Shown: in pieces, positions 11,620 to 22,850 of the stretch
Position numbering within the stretch: position 1 is the first letter of the stretch
How the letters are laid out: each line of letters opens with the position of its first letter
NCBI GenBank assembly: GCA_030704615.1
Contig: CM060731.1
Span: forward strand, 5,084,001 to 5,148,000
Direction of reading: 5' to 3'
From: Takakia lepidozioides
Lineage: Eukaryota; Plantae; Bryophyta
Length of the DNA: 64,000 nucleotides
Made by a program: the position numbers and the translations under genes
Notes under the pieces: model-generated
What the model was told of the DNA's origin: nothing
Databases searched by the model: none
Seen by the model: the letters and a program-made list of their open reading frames with translations, nothing else

Positions 11620-11866
11620 CAAAGTCTCATTTGGATCCTTTTGTTGTACAGTTCTGAAACACTTAATGAAAATATTGACGATTTGAAAAATCATTGTGTT
11701 CAGACTTCTTGTCCATTCCCTACATTTCTTCCGCCAACCAAAATCTATAATAAAAGCAGAAGAGACGCAAACTTCAGTGAAGAACCCTACAAGTAATTTA
11801 TGCACACCATCGAGTTGGGAACTTGAAGCCATGAAAACCCTGCCGTTTCTAACATTCCTATTCGGA

Positions 11867-12145
11867 AATTTGGCGCCGAAATAGCCCAGTTTGCGCCTTC
11901 GTTATATGGGCCTCAAAAATTCCACGGATGAATTACTGCACCAAAATATTGCGATGGAAGCCTTCAGCACAAGGCACTTCACCACATTCCACTTGGGTAT
12001 TTCGGCGCCGAAATTGCCCGTTCTGCGCCTTTAAATACCGCACTATATCACATTTTAAGAGGTAATTTCGGTGCCGAAATACCCCGGTGGATGTCTTCAA
12101 AACACCATTTTAGCACACTGCTCTTGGGAATAACGGCGCCGAAAT
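11867..12145. repeat. Array of five 16-bp palindromes ATTTCGGCGCCGAAAT at ~66-bp period (six more copies in introns of paralog B)
   Basis: Copies at 11867, 11932, 11999 (perfect), 12065 and 12130. Intronic copies at 7754, 7815, 8994, 9061, 10320 and 10665. Confidence 0.93.
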
Positions 12146-12249
12146 TCCTCATTCCGCATCCTGGACCAGGAGAAAGAGACCCTATTACCGAGGTAAGAGG
12201 ACATAACACCGTCAATAAAGGCAGGAAAATTCCAATTCCGCGGATGCCC

Positions 12250-12302
12250 GCTCATGAGCTCATAGGCTCATGGGCTCATGCGCTCATGAAATAGTAAACC
12301 TC
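12250..12302. repeat. Putative element terminus with GCTCATG subterminal repeats
   Basis: GCTCATGAGCTCATAGGCTCATGGGCTCATGCGCTCATGAAATAGTAAACCTCA directly abuts LINE sequence. Related GCTCACG clusters occur at 4494-4540 and 5960-6050. Confidence 0.6.
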
Positions 12303-12805
12303 ATAGATGCTTTGAGCCCCATAATGTTAGTTTTCTTTTGAATTTGGCCAAGGTGGGGGCAAACCTCTGCTCATCTGAGAGGTCCGTCCCGAAGGTGTAG
12401 CCTAGAAGGACAGTGGTCTGCCCTGGCTGCAGCCAAGAGAGTCCCATATGAGAGCCCCAGGAGGGAAGCAGTCCGAGCCTAGATTTAGATAGATCCCATG
12501 TTAGGATGGCACAAGTTTTAGACTAGTTGACCTTGAAGCCTGATGCGACACAGAAGAGGTTCAACATGGATGTGGCTTCATGAAGATTGGTGGGATTGGC
12601 CTGAAGGATTAATGTGTCATCCACGAACATAGAGTCCTTAAGCTCTTCTGGTAAAGTTGTATGGTGATTGGTGATGTGAAGGCCTCTAATAAGATTGTTG
12701 GACTGTAGCATGTAACCGAGTGAGTCTGCCACAAAGAGGAAGAGAAAAGGGGCTAGAGGGCATCCTTGTCTGACCGAGCGATGGAGAGGAAAGGAAGAGG
12801 ATAGG

Positions 12806-13472
12806 TGTCGCGGCCCTTTTGCCTTGAGGGCAGGGGGTCGGGACACATGAGGGGCTGCCCCTGTGGTGGGGGCAGTGGCAGCGATAGGTACGGGGGGCTG
12901 AAGCACCCTTGAGTGCCCAAGGCACTCAAGGAGGCGGAGGCGCTCACTAGGTGGAGCCCCGCACACCGGGTTGCGGTGGGGGTGGCTCCACAAGGGGTGG
13001 TGGTAGCTTAGCGGGACTTAGTGGGGGTGGCATAGGACTCAAATGGGGGGTTTTCGTGGGCCAAGACTCACCGCGACTTATCACCGGGAGTCGAGGGTTT
13101 TCGTGGTGGTTCGCCATAAAATGGCATGGCTGGTTGTGAAACCCCCGCGGACAGCTACAGAAGTATATATAGGGAGTAGTAACCCCGAGAACGGTGCAAG
13201 CCCGTTGGTGACCAAAAACTAGTGAGTAAGCGAGCGAGCCGGAAAGCGACCAAAGAGTGGGGAGCTGTTCCAGACTGCCAACTACCAAAGGGAATTCCCG
13301 CTGGTTCCAAATCGGTGGAGGGTTCATTGGGAGAACAAAGGGGGACCGTTATGCCCCGGTGAGCAGCCGAAGCTCCAAGTTGGCCCGGCGGCCAGGTTGG
13401 GAGTCAGGCGCGCGCATCAAAGCGAGTAACTATGACTTGAGGGGGGAGCTTACCGAAGTGAGGTGCGCGACA
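12806..13472 (+). repeat. 5' LTR (667 bp)
   Basis: Near-identical to 18993-19721 and followed by the PBS. Confidence 0.95.
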
Positions 13473-13474
13473 CT

Positions 13475-13486
13475 TGGTATCAGAGC
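13475..13486 (+). promoter_or_regulatory. Primer binding site for initiator tRNA-Met
   Basis: TGGTATCAGAGC two bases after the LTR end. Confidence 0.93.
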
Positions 13487-13527
13487 TTAGAGTTCAGTAC
13501 GCGATCGTCCTTGGGATTGGCCTCATC

Positions 13528-16500
13528 ATGGGGTCGGGCAAGCCAAAGCGAAAGCGGAACGGCCCAAAAGATGATGATCCTGGTGAGCCCGATGGGGGCG
13601 ACGTGTCACCAAGGCGGCCGTTTGAGGAAGCGATGCATGTTTCCGAAAACGAGGCCGCTCAAGAGCGGGAGGAATCCGAGGAACCGGAGCCCGAGGAATC
13701 CTTGAGAGCTCCGACAAACCAAGAGATGCCTCCCATGCCGACAGCCTTTTGGGAAGGGTTGTTGGCGCAGTTTGGCGGGACGTTGAAAGACGTGTTGAAG
13801 GCGGCTAATGCCACTTCCACTAAGGCAAAGTTTAAGGTGAAGCCTAAGGAACCCGGCACCTTCGAGGGCGTCCGAAATCGGAAGGCACTCAACACCTGGC
13901 TCCTGGAGCTAGAGCAGTACTTCCGGGCGGCCAAGTTGAGTGACGAGGATCGGGTGGAAGTGGCTCCCACCTATTTGAGGGGCTATGCTCAACAATGGTG
14001 GCAGAAACGCCTTCACGACCGAGGCCCAAGCCCGGAAACCTTGAACTGGAGTGAGTTCAAGGAATTGATGAAGTGACAGTTTGTGCCCCTCAACGCGTCC
14101 TGGCTTGCCCGGGACAAGATGAGGAATTTGAAGCAAACAGATGACATTCGGGGGTATGTCCAGGCTTTCAATGTGCTGTTGCTCGAAGTCGCGGACATGG
14201 CAGAACCAGAAATGGTCTTCAACTTTGTGGCGGGACTGGCCCCATGGGCCAGGCGGAAGTTAGAGGAGAAGCCACCCAAGACTTTGAACGAGGCAATTGA
14301 GAGGGCTGAATGTTTCTCGGATGTCCCTAGGGGTGAAAGACAAGGCCGTACGGAGCTGAACCACAAGAAGACCCGGTGGGAAGGTGACTCCTTCCGACCG
14401 GAAAAGAAGTGGGATAGGCCACGCGGCGACAATGGCACGTGGAAATCGAAGGGAGGGCCTTCACACGTCAAGGCGGCACCCGGTGCTTCGAGAGGAAAAG
14501 CGGGTGGAGCGGCTTATGGTGGACAGAAGACGATCTTTGATAGAGTGTGTTTCAATTGCGGAGAGCCCGGGCACATGGCCAAGAAGTGCACGAAGCCCCG
14601 ACAATTGAACATGACTCGGGCAACCACAGAGCTGTCGGAAGATACCATCAGTCGCCTGGTGGAAGCGGTGGTCGCCAGGACTTGCAAGGTAGGCAAATAT
14701 TCTTGTGAGTTGTATCAGGAAACTGGCGCATTGCGTAAAGGGAGTCACTTATTGTTCGTGGATGGGATAATATCCGGAACTAACGTGTCATTGTTGGTGG
14801 ACACAGAAGCGTCGCACTTCTTCATGACACCGGCAACAACACAAAAGCTGGGACTTCCGACAACTGACGTAAGGGCCTCTATTGAGGTGCGTTCTGCCAA
14901 AGGAGAACCGCAATTGGCGACAAGGTTGGCGTTTGATGTTCCTCTTCAACTGGGGAGTTGGGAGGGACGTGAGAATTTCACCATCTGCGAGATCGATGGA
15001 GTGGATCTCATTTTGGGGATGACATTTTTGAGCAAATCCGGAGCGGTCATAGATGGCCGCAAGAGAGTAGTCACGCTGCCATGTGGGAATGGTGGCAAGG
15101 TCTTACGAGTGTCGGAAATGCCCAAACCCGTGGGATGACGAATAAACCTTCTGTCAGCAAGGGAGTGGGCCGTGGAGGAGGCATACGAGCCCCAATTTTT
15201 GCTCTACATTAGAGAAGTGAAGGGAGAAGGCGATGGGGAGCCGAGCCCATATTGGATCAAGGGGATTTTGGAGAAATACCAGGATGTGATGACGGAGGAT
15301 TTACCAAGCGGTTTGCCACCGCGAAGAGGAGTTGACCACAAGATTGAGGTAATACCGGGATCGGAACTGCCTGCCAAGGCACCCTACCGGTTGAGCCACA
15401 GGGAGTTGGTCGAGCTGAAGACTCAGCTCAAGGATCTAATGTCAAAGGGGTACATCCGGCCGAGCAAGTCACCTTACGGAGCCCCGGTGCTATTCGCAGA
15501 CAAGAAGGATGAGACGCTGCGGATGTGTGTCGATTACAGGGCTTTGAATAATGTGACTATCAAAAACCGGTACCCATTGCCAAGGATCGACGACCTCTTT
15601 GATCGGTTGGCAGAAGCAAAGTATTTCAGCCGGATCGACTTGCGCTCCGGCTATCATCAAATTCGGGTGGCGGAAGGAGATGAGGAGAAGACCGCGTGCA
15701 AGACAAAGTATGGTTCATATGAGTTCTTGGTGATGCCTTTTGGGCTCACCAATGCACTAGCGACATTTAACACGCTGATGAACAGCCTTTTCCAGGAGTG
15801 GTTGGATGACTTTGTGATCGTGTACATCGACGACATCTTGGTGTACTCGAAAACAAAGGAGGAGCACCTGGAGCACCTGAAAAGAGTGTTCCAAAAATTG
15901 CGAGAAGGGAAGCTGTATGCCAAAGCTTCAAAGTGCGAATTCGGGGTCACAAAAGTGAAGTTCCTGGGGCATGTGATTACACAGGATGGGATCAAAATGG
16001 ATGACAGAAAGGTGAGGGCGATCTTGGACTGGGAGCCTCCGACTTCGGTCCCGGGAGTGCGATCATTCCTAGGACTCGCCTCCTATTACCGGAAGTATGT
16101 GAGAAATTTCGCCAAGATCGCGGGGCCGTTGTCAGACCTTCTGTGTAAATCCAAAGTCTGGGTATGGAACACCTTGTGTGGCCAAGCTTTTGCTGAATTG
16201 AAGCAACGGATGGCGGAAGCTCCAATCTTGAAAATCCCGGAGTTCGATCGTCCGTTCGAGATACATACAGATGCGTCGGACTTCGCGATTGGGGGTGTGC
16301 TGATGCAAGATGGACGTCCAGTGGCTTACGAAAGTAAGAAACTGAATGAAGTGGAGCGACGGTGGCCGACGCACGAGAAAGAGATGAAGGCGGTGGTGCA
16401 CTGTCTTGAGCTTTGGCGCCACTATGTTGGTTACAACCCAGTGAAGGTGTTCACGGACAATGTCACGGTGAAGTATTTTGCCACGCAGCCCAAATTGTCC

Positions 16501-18090
16501 CCAAAACAACTTAGGTGGCAAGATACTTTGGCGGTGTTCGACGTGGATATCCAGTACAAACCGGGACGAGACAACGTGATGGCCGATGCTTTAAGTAGAA
16601 AGCAGCAGCTCTGGTTGGTGTACAAGGGCGAGACGACGCTCCAAAGGAAGATCCGGAAGGCTTGCCGGAAGGATGAGCTGACGAAGTCCGTGATGCAGGA
16701 CTTGAGGATGGGGATTAAATCGCAGTTCCACTTGCAAAATGGACTGCTCCGGTATAAGCAAAAGCGTCTCTACGTGCCGAAAGGAGGGATCGGAGATAGC
16801 CTTTTGAGAGAATGCCATGATAGCCCGCTTGCGGGCCACGGCGGAGCCAAGCGCACTGCGGCACTCTTGAAGAAAGAGTATTTCTGGCCCAAACTGAGGG
16901 AGGAGGCAGAGGAGTATGTCAAGACATGCACCACATGCCAACAAAACCGGAGCGAGTACAAAAAGCAAGCGGGGCTGTTACGACCCCTGCCGATTCCAGA
17001 GGGGACTTGGGAAAGCGTCTCGATGGATTTCATGACTGCTATGCCGCTGTCAAAATGATTCGATGCAATCATGGTGGTGGTGGATATGTTCAGTAAAATG
17101 GGCCATTTCATCCCCACCAAGGAGACGGCAACGGCGCAGGAGACAGGGCGACTTTATTTTGCCCACGTCTTAAAGCATCATGGAGTCCCGAAGGATATTG
17201 TCTCGGACCGCGATCCAAAGTTTACGAGTAAATTTTGGAGGACACTTTGGAAGAAGATGGGGACGAGGCTGAAGATGAGCACCACCTTCCGACCTACGAC
17301 CGACGGCCAAACAGAAAGAGTGAATTCCGTAGTGAAGCAGATCTTGCGGAATTACGTGTCGGCAGACCAAACAGACTGGGTGGAACATTTAGACGCGGCA
17401 GAGTTCTGTTATAATAACACAGAACACTCCGCAACGGGAGTTTCCCCTTTTGTATTGGTCTATGGAAAAGCACCTCTGGTGCCGACAAGTTGGGCCGCCC
17501 AGGACGTTGAGGAACCGGCAGTAGCAGCGGTACTGGAAGAACGCGACCGTTTGTTGAAGCTCGCAAAGTACAACATTGCCAAAGCTAGGAAACGGTATGA
17601 AAGGAAGGCAAATCGGAAGCGGAGGGAAGTGAATTTTGAGGCAGGCACGGAGGTCTGGTTGAACATCAAGAATTTCCGACTACCTCCGGAAGTAAGCCCG
17701 AAGTTCGTGCCTCCGTATGTGGGAGCCTTTCGCATTCGGAAGGTTATGAATGATGATGTGTATGAATTGGAGCTGCCGACAAACAGCAAAGTGCACCCAG
17801 TATTCCATGTCTCCCTTTTGAAGCCCTACTTCAAAGATGAAGCACGTCCGAATCGGCACCAAATGTTACGTCCACCACCTATACTGTTGGATAATGAAAA
17901 TGAACCTGAGTACGAGGTGGAGGCAATACTTAAGTCGATGAGGTTCAAGTACCGAGAAACGGAGTATCTCGTCAAATGGAAGGGCTATCATCATGTGGAG
18001 GCATCTTGGGTGCGTGCCTCAGAAATGGGAAACGCGTCCGAGACGGTTGTAGCTTTCGAAGGGCGACCTCAAAAGCGGAAGAAGCGTTGA
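13528..18090 (+). pseudogene. Single-frame gag-pol polyprotein (gag, CCHC knuckle, protease, RT, RNase H, integrase, chromodomain) with three in-frame TGA stops
   Basis: CFNCGEPGHMAKKC; LVDTEASH (DTG altered); YIDDILVYS; TDASDFAIG; H..H..CTTC; SDRDPKF..DGQTER; EYEVEAIL..YLVKWKGY..ASW. Stops at 14074, 15136 and 17056 are all in the same frame. Confidence 0.95.
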
Positions 18091-18980
18091 TGGGGACATC
18101 AACCTTGGAGCGTGGGGGAGGAAATGCATGCTTAGCCCGGCTTAGCTAGCTTAGGAATCCGATTGCAAAAACTTGTATTGTACAAAACGTGCTATAAATG
18201 AAATGGATTCCAAATGTTGTGCGTCCTATTTTGTTTGGATTGGTGATGCATGGTATGGTTGGCTAGTGTGTAGAATGCATGCTAGCTTATAAAAGTAGGA
18301 GAGGTAAATTGGGTTAATCGTGTGTTTGCGTAGTGCCGAAATCGGGTGACCCCCATCCAAGGGGCAAGGAAACTTGCGCCTTCTTTGGGAGTTCACGTGC
18401 TAGTGCGCACCTGACGCGTGCGCGTACTATAACTAGCCCGCACTACAAGGCAACCCCCTCGGTAGCGCGCGGAAGCTACGTGCTTCCGTTCACGTACTAT
18501 AATCGTGTAGCCTCGGGACGAAGTCGTAGTGCGGCTTCGGCGTGTTCCCGTACCTCAGGCCAGCATTCCAAGGCGGACCCAATTGTAGTGATTGGGGCGC
18601 ACGGTTGGGTCAAGTTTATCTTCCTAGTCAAAGAGGGTTCCAGGTGAACCCTTGCTCAAGGTGATGCCAAAAGCGGCATCATGAGCGGTCGCAAGCAATG
18701 TTGTTGGAGTAAGGCGATTCGATCCTCGGGGAGGATCGTTCCTTGGCCTTGAAGTAGGCCAAGAAGAGTGCACTGGGAGGAGCTCGAGAGACTCCACCCC
18801 TGGCCGGGACTTGGAGGAAGTCGGCCGAACTAGCTAGTGGAGAGTAGAGTCAAGTGTGGGGTTTGGTTCTTTGCCATGTGACGCCATGGTACGGAAACAA
18901 ACTCCTTGATGTGGGACGCCACAACTTGGATGTTCGTTTCTACAAAATGGACAAGTCGATGAGGACATCGACTCCCTGTT

Positions 18981-18992
18981 GGTAGGGGTGTG
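18981..18992 (+). promoter_or_regulatory. Polypurine tract
   Basis: GGTAGGGGTGTG immediately before the 3' LTR. Confidence 0.7.
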
Positions 18993-19721
18993 TGTTGCGG
19001 CCCTTTTGCCTTGAGGGCAGGGGGTCGGGACACATGAGGGGCTGCCCCTGTGGTGGGGGCAGTGGCAGCGATAGGTACGGGGGGCTGAAGCACCCTTGAG
19101 TGCCCAAGGCACTCAAGGAGGCAGAGGCGCTCACTAGGTGGAGCCCCGCACACCGGGTTGCGGTGGGGGTGGCTCCACAAGGGGTGGTGGTAGCTTAACG
19201 GGACTTAGTGGGGGTGGCATATGACTCACCATGGGGGCGAAGACCTCGTGGTGGGAGTCGTGGGGAGTCTTGGGACTCATCACGGTCCATAAGGGCCGTG
19301 GTGAGTGGGCCAAGACTCACCGCGACTTATCACCGGGAGTCGAGGGTTTTCGTGGTGGTTCGCCATAAAATGGCATGGCTGGTTGTGAAACCCCCGCGGA
19401 CAGCTACAAAAGTATATATAGGGAATAGTAACCCCGAGAACGGTGCAAGCCCGTTGGTGACCAAAAACTAGTGAGTAAGCGAGCGAGCCGGAAAGCGACC
19501 AAAGAGTGGGGAGCTGTTCCGGACTGCCAACTACCAAAGGGAATTCCCGCTGGTTCCAAATCGGTGGAGGGTTCATTGGGAGAACAAAGGGGGACCGTTA
19601 TGCCCCGGTGAGCAGCCGAAGCTCCAAGTTGGCCCGGCGGCCAGGTTGGGAGTCAGGCGCGCGCATCAAAGCGAGTAACTATGACTTGAGGGGGGAGCTT
19701 ACCGAAGTGAGGTGCGCGACA
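18993..19721 (+). repeat. 3' LTR (729 bp)
   Basis: Matches the 5' LTR except for about 7 substitutions (by eye) and an extra/divergent block at ~19225-19305. Confidence 0.95.
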
Positions 19722-22700
19722 ATAGGTGACCATTTACTATCACTCTGCTGGAGGAGTTGCTAAGAAGAATTTTAACCCATGTGCAGAATGAGTCTGGGAT
19801 CCCAATCTTTCTTAGAGCCCCCATGAGAAATGACCACTCGACCTTGTCAAAAGCTTTTTCGAAGTCAAGTAGAAGGAGAGTTATCGCTTGTTGAGTTCTA
19901 AGGGCAAAGTGAGGGATCTCTTGAGCAAGAAGAAGGTTGTCCATGATGTATCTACCCTTGATAAATCATGTTTGGTTAGGTCTAATGAGAGCTGGGAGGA
20001 AAGGTTGCAGTCTAAGGGCTAGCGCCTTTGCTATGATCTTGTAGGCAACGTTGAGAAGGGTTATGGGACGGTAGTTGGAGATGTTTGTACGATCTCCTTT
20101 TTTGAAAAGGAGTGTAATGACTCCTTGGGAGAGGGATGGCGGCATAGTGCCAGATAGGAAAATATGGTTGGCCATTGAGAGAAGGTCTCCGGAGATGTCA
20201 GACCAAAGCGCTTTGTAAAACTCCACTGGTATCCCATCGATACTTGGAGATTTGCCATTGTTCATTTTTTTGAGCGCTGTTTCTAGCTCTAGTTATAAAA
20301 ACTCTCCTTCAAGAGAGTGGGCTGAATCTGGAGAAAGAAGTGTGGGGGTGGATTGCATGCAACCTTGTTGGTGTTGGTTTAATGTGAGATCCCCTTCAGA
20401 GTCACTCTTAAAGAGAGAAGTGAAGTGATCTTTCGCTAGAGTTGCCAAGTGCCTGGGAGAGGATGCGAAAATCCTGGTGGTCTGGTCTATTAGTTCAGTA
20501 ATGTTCTGAGAGCCTCTACGTAATTTGGTCTTGTCAAAGAAGTATTTCGACATTTTTTCTCCTTTGGTTGACCAATTGACTCCAGCTTGCAGCTTAAGTT
20601 TTTGCTCCTGAAGGGATTGGAAGGTTTCAAGATTTTGCTTGGCTTTGAGGTAAGTGAGGTAAGTACGATTATCGCATCTAGAGGATTCTATATGAGCTTG
20701 GCACCGAGAGACATTTGGTGAGCGCCTTGATTTTTCTTTTGTGAGCTAATGCCAATTCTTTGCTCATGGTTTGAGCAGCCACATTGACTGCCTTGAGCTT
20801 GGACTGGAACCTATCAATGGGATTTTGGTCGTTGTTCCCTGCCTGGGACCAGGCAACTTTTAACCCTTGTTTGAAGGCTGGAATTTTAAGCAGGGATGTT
20901 GTATGCTTATAAATACCCTTCCCCTTGGATTGCGTATTGGGGAATTGGGGTCTGTGGGTGTCTGGTCATCCACTTCCCTAATGTTTAGGGAAGAGTAAAA
21001 TCTGTCTAGCATGGCCATTTGCAAGTCTGGTAAGGTCCTATTATTAGTCCAGGTAAAAGCTGGGAGAGAAGAGGATGGGTTTGAAGAATTTGATGTTTGG
21101 GAGATAGGTACATTTTCCACCAGGTTATGATTGTGAGATAGGTTGTTCCAGCTGTCAATTTCCATGGAAGTAGGGTTGAAGGGAGAGGGGTATCTACGGT
21201 CTTCCGGGGTTTCTACCATGTTGAAATTGCCCATAATTACCCAGCCATCTATGAAGTCAATTTCCTTCATTTTACTGTCCAGGGTCCGCCCTTTCAGAGG
21301 TGGAGTTTGGGGCATAAATGTTTACAACACCTAATGTACCTGCATTGTTGGGAAGTGTTAGGGCGCAAAATTGGGCCCGCCCTGGGATCCAAGAAGCTTC
21401 ACTATGAAGAAGGGAGTGGAGAGAGGGTGAGAGGAGGATTGCGGTTCCTCCTGGCGAGCCCGTGGATGTTGGTTTCCAGAGAGAGAGAGAGAGGGGCCAG
21501 AGCTGATCGGAGAGCTGAGAGATTTTGTGCGGATCTAATTTATATTCCTGAAGGGAGATGATGGCATCCTGCCGGAGCAGTGGCTGTAGCCAGGTTCTGA
21601 GCCTCACTCTTTTGAGGGAGTGAGGGTCGCTCCCTAGGCCTCTTATGTTCCATGAGGATAAGCTAATTAACATTTTGAGGGATGGAGAGGCCGAGGGTGT
21701 TGATCTCATTTGATGGCCGTGGAGGGTCAAAGAAGAAACGGGTTCTACGGTCTTTGGGGAGAAGAGTGCTTACCCACATGTATCCTGGGGGAGGCTTTGC
21801 TAAGAGCTTCTTGACCTTGATCATGATGACCAAGGATGGTGGGTTTGTAACTGGCAGACCTGGGTTTGGGATAAACTGGTTTGGTTTGTGAGCGAACGCA
21901 GAAATAGAGAGCAAGCAAGTGGAGGATTGGAAAAAATCAACCGGGAGAGGGAGTTGCAGAGATGGAAGGGTGTTGAAGGATGGGCCATGATGACAGTAGG
22001 GTAGCGGTAGGGAGTGAGGGAGACTGATTACTGGTAACCTTCTACGGATTGGCTTCTTATGGGGTTCCTTGAGACAAAGCAGCCAGCAACGCTTAACATT
22101 ATTTCTGTCATCATGGAAAATGAAGCAGGGGGCAGGGGGGGAGAGAACCTTGTCCATTTTGGTGATTGCGTCATTGATTTCGGTGTGCAAATCTGGAAGT
22201 GAGGGGAGAGGCGATAGATCCAGAGGAGAATCCGTGGAATCCGTTGGAGGTTGAGTGTTGCCCTGCCGGGTGATGCCCTGCTGCGATGGGAAGCTTGCTA
22301 CTGGCTGACTTGGCAGCGATGGAGCTGGTGCCACTGAGCGGCCAGAGACTCTGGATGAGGATGAGGATGTTGCTGGCCTGACTCCATAGAGGTGATCTCG
22401 GGTCTGTCCTCGTCAATTTCCGCTTCTACAACTGCTTCAAGAATGGTGAAAGCGTTGATGAGGGTTTCCCTATACTTTGGTTTTAATTTAGAGACACCCC
22501 ATGGTTCAGAGAGAATACTTTTCTTAACCCAAATGGCACCTTGAGGGGGTTGGGATCCGTAGATGTCAGCTTCCTCCATCAAGGCCAGAATGTGTGCCAC
22601 CAGATTGCAACTGAGCCCCTGAATGTTCACTAGGAAGGATCCCCAGGAAACTTTGGTGGTGCCCGCTAGGTGATAGTGTGGGAGGTAGGCTAGAAAGAAG

Positions 22701-22829
22701 TCACGAATCTTCTTTTTTAGCATATTCTCTGGGCACTTCGTGGGTGAGCAGTTGGCCAAGAACTGGTGAACATCCTGGATTGTGACTCCAGAGGGATGCA
22801 AAGTCATCCCACGCTGCTTCAGTAACCAG

Positions 22830-22850
22830 AAACCCTAAACCCTAAACCCT
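22830..22850. repeat. Interstitial plant telomere repeat / telo-box (AAACCCT)3
   Basis: AAACCCTAAACCCTAAACCCT directly upstream of LINE ORF1. Confidence 0.9.

Larger units (their letters stand above)
1..12302 (+). mobile_element. Unclassified large putative DNA transposon/cargo element (left end outside the window) carrying ParB-methyltransferase-like genes, a SWIM gene and palindrome arrays
   Basis: LINE ORF2 homology (...KLTLWGSKHL, minus strand) stops abruptly at ~12303 and is replaced by a GCTCATG-repeat terminus (...GCTCATGAAATAGTAAACCTCA). The interval holds duplicated, lesion-bearing genes of non-host type. No transposase is visible in the window. Confidence 0.55.
12806..19721 (+). 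mobile_element. Full-length Ty3/gypsy chromovirus LTR retrotransposon
   Basis: LTRs with TG..CA ends (TGTCGCG/CGCGACA inverted termini). 5-bp TSD ATAGG at 12801-12805 and 19722-19726. PBS, PPT and gag-pol with a chromodomain are present. Confidence 0.97.
12303..22830 (-). mobile_element. Degenerate L1-type LINE (ORF1 ~22807-21663; ORF2 APE endonuclease-RT from ~21673), interrupted by the gypsy element and truncated at ~12303
   Basis: SWNIRGL, LQEYKL, NIYAP, GNFN and LDRFY (APE endonuclease). KSPSIDGIPVEFYK, NYRPITLLNVAYKIIAK, LDFEKAFDKVEW, RQGCPLAPFLF and MFVDD (RT). Many frameshifts and stops. Confidence 0.9.

Noticed and set aside
1-12302. Bacterial/phage contamination or a recent horizontal insert
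   Set aside because: The genes have multiple GT-AG introns at positions conserved between paralogs and are contiguous with plant retroelements.
12523-12993. 156-aa minus-strand ORF as a gene (and its twin at 18830-19180)
   Set aside because: A chimera of antisense LTR sequence and LINE RT created by the insertion junction; the twin is the antisense of the other LTR.
18333-18647. env-like or extra ORF in the gypsy 3' region
   Set aside because: Short, non-ATG start, with no TM segments or recognisable domain.
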